A stretch of DNA of 64,000 nucleotides from Lama glama (taxonomy: Eukaryota). The translations under genes and the position numbers were made by a program. The stretch lies in the NCBI GenBank assembly GCA_028534125.1, contig CM052817.1, positions 42,658,001-42,722,000 of the forward strand. The letters are read 5' to 3'. Positions 62,296-64,000 of this stretch are shown piece after piece (position 1 is the stretch's first letter; every line of letters begins with the position of its first letter). The notes beneath the pieces were generated by a model. It worked only from the letters and a program-made list of their open reading frames with translations, searched no databases and had not been told where the DNA came from.

Positions 62296-63250
62296 AGTGC
62301 TTGTTGGCTGCCATTGTGAGTCAAACCATCCCCAAACCTAATGACCTAAAACAACAATGATTTATTGTTTCTCATGTTTCTGTGCGTTGGCTGGGCTGTT
62401 CCTCTGATGCTTCCATCCGGGCTGACTCTTGCAGCTGCATTCAGATGGAGGCTAAATTGGGCTGGAAGATCCAAGATAACCTTACTCACAGGTCTGACAG
62501 TTGGATGGCTATTGGCTGGGGAGCCTCAGTTTTCTACACAGCCTTTCATTCTCCAGCAGTCTAGATCAGCTAGACCACACATTTTGATGAAAGGAGATAC
62601 AAAATAACACAGCCATGTTTTTCAGTCTGTCACAACTGCCCTCTGATTACAATTATTTCCATTCTTCACACATTCAAAAAAATCGTACACCCCTCTCCTC
62701 CAACACGCATCCCGTTATAGTATCAGGCTCAAACCCCACCATTCTACAATCTGCACCTAGTCCAGATATAGAAATGACTCCTTAGCTTAGGAATCTTTTG
62801 ATCCAGAGATCTGTTTACTAAAAAGACAAGTTATTCAAATTTTTAAGATAACTGTTTTTCGTACACCCAGTACACGATGGTGAGCTAGAGACAGGAGCAT
62901 TGCATTAGATACTCCTCTTCTTAAGAAGAATAACAGAAAGCACACAGCAGTCCTCATTTGAGCAATCCTGAAATATAGCTAAGCACATGCTTCTAGTTCC
63001 CAGTGGGAACTGATAGTTCCAAGATGGCCTCTGGGATGCCTGGGTGCTCCTTCATGTGGCTTCTTATCCTCCAAGACTTTAGACTGACTTCAGTACATAG
63101 TGATCTCATGGTAGCAACCAAAGTGAGCAAAAGTAAAAGTTGCCTCTTGAGATTACCCTTGAAAATCAAATAATATAATTTACCAGATTCTATTGGTCAG
63201 GTAAGTCGTGCAACCAGCCCAGATTTGAAGGGTGAAGAAAGAGAGTTGTA
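62296..63250 (-). mobile_element. Old MLT1-type MaLR LTR pieces
   Basis: CCCCAAACCTAATGACCTAAAACAACAATGATTTATTG and ATTCTATTGGTCA...CCAGCCCAGATTTGAAGGG motifs. Confidence 0.65.
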
Positions 63251-63269
63251 TTGGTGGTTGGCAATTTTC

Positions 63270-63897
63270 TCTAAGACCTAAACTCACTCTTTGGTGCTCC
63301 ACTTTATGATGATGGGGCTGAGATACAGCAGATGATGATACTAGATTTGGTCAACAGGGGAGAGAGGTTGCTAGAGGGAGACTGCAAAGCCAGAGGAAGA
63401 AGGCACCTGCTTCTCCCCATTTGGCTCCTCTGCTTGTGGTTCATGTAATCATCACCCCATCATCACTACTTTCGCCCCTCAAAGCCATTCTTTTCCATAA
63501 GAGGAACCCAATCCAATTCGTAGTTTTCCCAACACTTCTAGATCAGGCTTGCCAGGATCCCTCAGAGGCACTAGCAAAAGCTGGCCTATATTCTCTCCTC
63601 AGGGGTCTGATTATTTTTCGGCTCCTTGTTATACCTTCTCTAGCTTGGCAGTAAGTTAAACTGTTCCAACCTTTTCCCTTATCCCCAGCCCTAAGGGGTG
63701 CAGATGCTCCCTCTCTCAATGATAACTTAGAATCCTCTTCTTCACCCTTTCAGTGACCTTGTTGCATGTTTTTTTTTTTCATCTTTACTTTTTTATTGAA
63801 GTATAGTTGATTCGTTACATTTTCATATTTGGTTATAAACACTTCTTTCAAGTAACTAACACGATTTCTGTCTCCTCACTGGATCCTGATGACATAA
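63270..63897 (+). mobile_element. ERVL-class LTR (LTR33/LTR41-like) with a short L1 3' fragment at ~63770-63830
   Basis: CCCAGCCCTAAGGGGTG motif and end GATTTCTGTCTCCTCACTGGATCCTGA; inserted T-tail plus TTTATTGAAGTATAGTTGATT. Confidence 0.55.
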
Positions 63898-64000
63898 GAT
63901 TCCACTTTTTGCTAGGAGGACTAAACATATTGTGGTCATGTTTTCCAATCTATCACAAATGGCGGGACATATCATTACATTTCTTTATTCAATTCTCCAA

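Noticed and set aside
1..64000. CRISPR arrays, rRNA/tRNA genes, prokaryotic operons, or the human GK2 neighbour NAA11
   Set aside because: The sequence is mammalian; I saw no repeat-spacer array, RNA gene or N-acetyltransferase ORF. The only tRNA-related sequence is the ERV PBS.

Overview
AT-rich, repeat-dense eutherian genomic DNA. The young L1 3' ends resemble camelid/cetartiodactyl L1s as I recall them, so the species is an inference. The only clear protein-coding gene is the intronless glycerol kinase retrogene GK2 (+, 29855-31516, 553 aa). It sits inside an old, near full-length L1, and its N-terminal phosphate-binding loop is degenerate. The most unusual structure is a young class II (betaretrovirus-like) ERV at 1716-3293: intact 5' LTR, tRNA-Lys3 PBS and a gag fragment, then an inverted 101-bp copy of the start of U3 in place of a 3' LTR, all inside a perfect 6-bp target-site duplication (GTAAAT). 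It looks like a provirus integrated through two U3 ends. Other points: a ~40-bp copy of GK2 coding sequence inserted into the downstream L1; an orphan CpG island at ~39.7-40.1 kb with minus-strand splice signals pointing toward GK2; an L1 with a 3' transduction plus a 5' inversion; and an unexplained 230-265 codon open frame at 51.4-52.2 kb. Repeat family names come from recalled consensus sequences, not from a database search, and the boundaries of old repeats are approximate.
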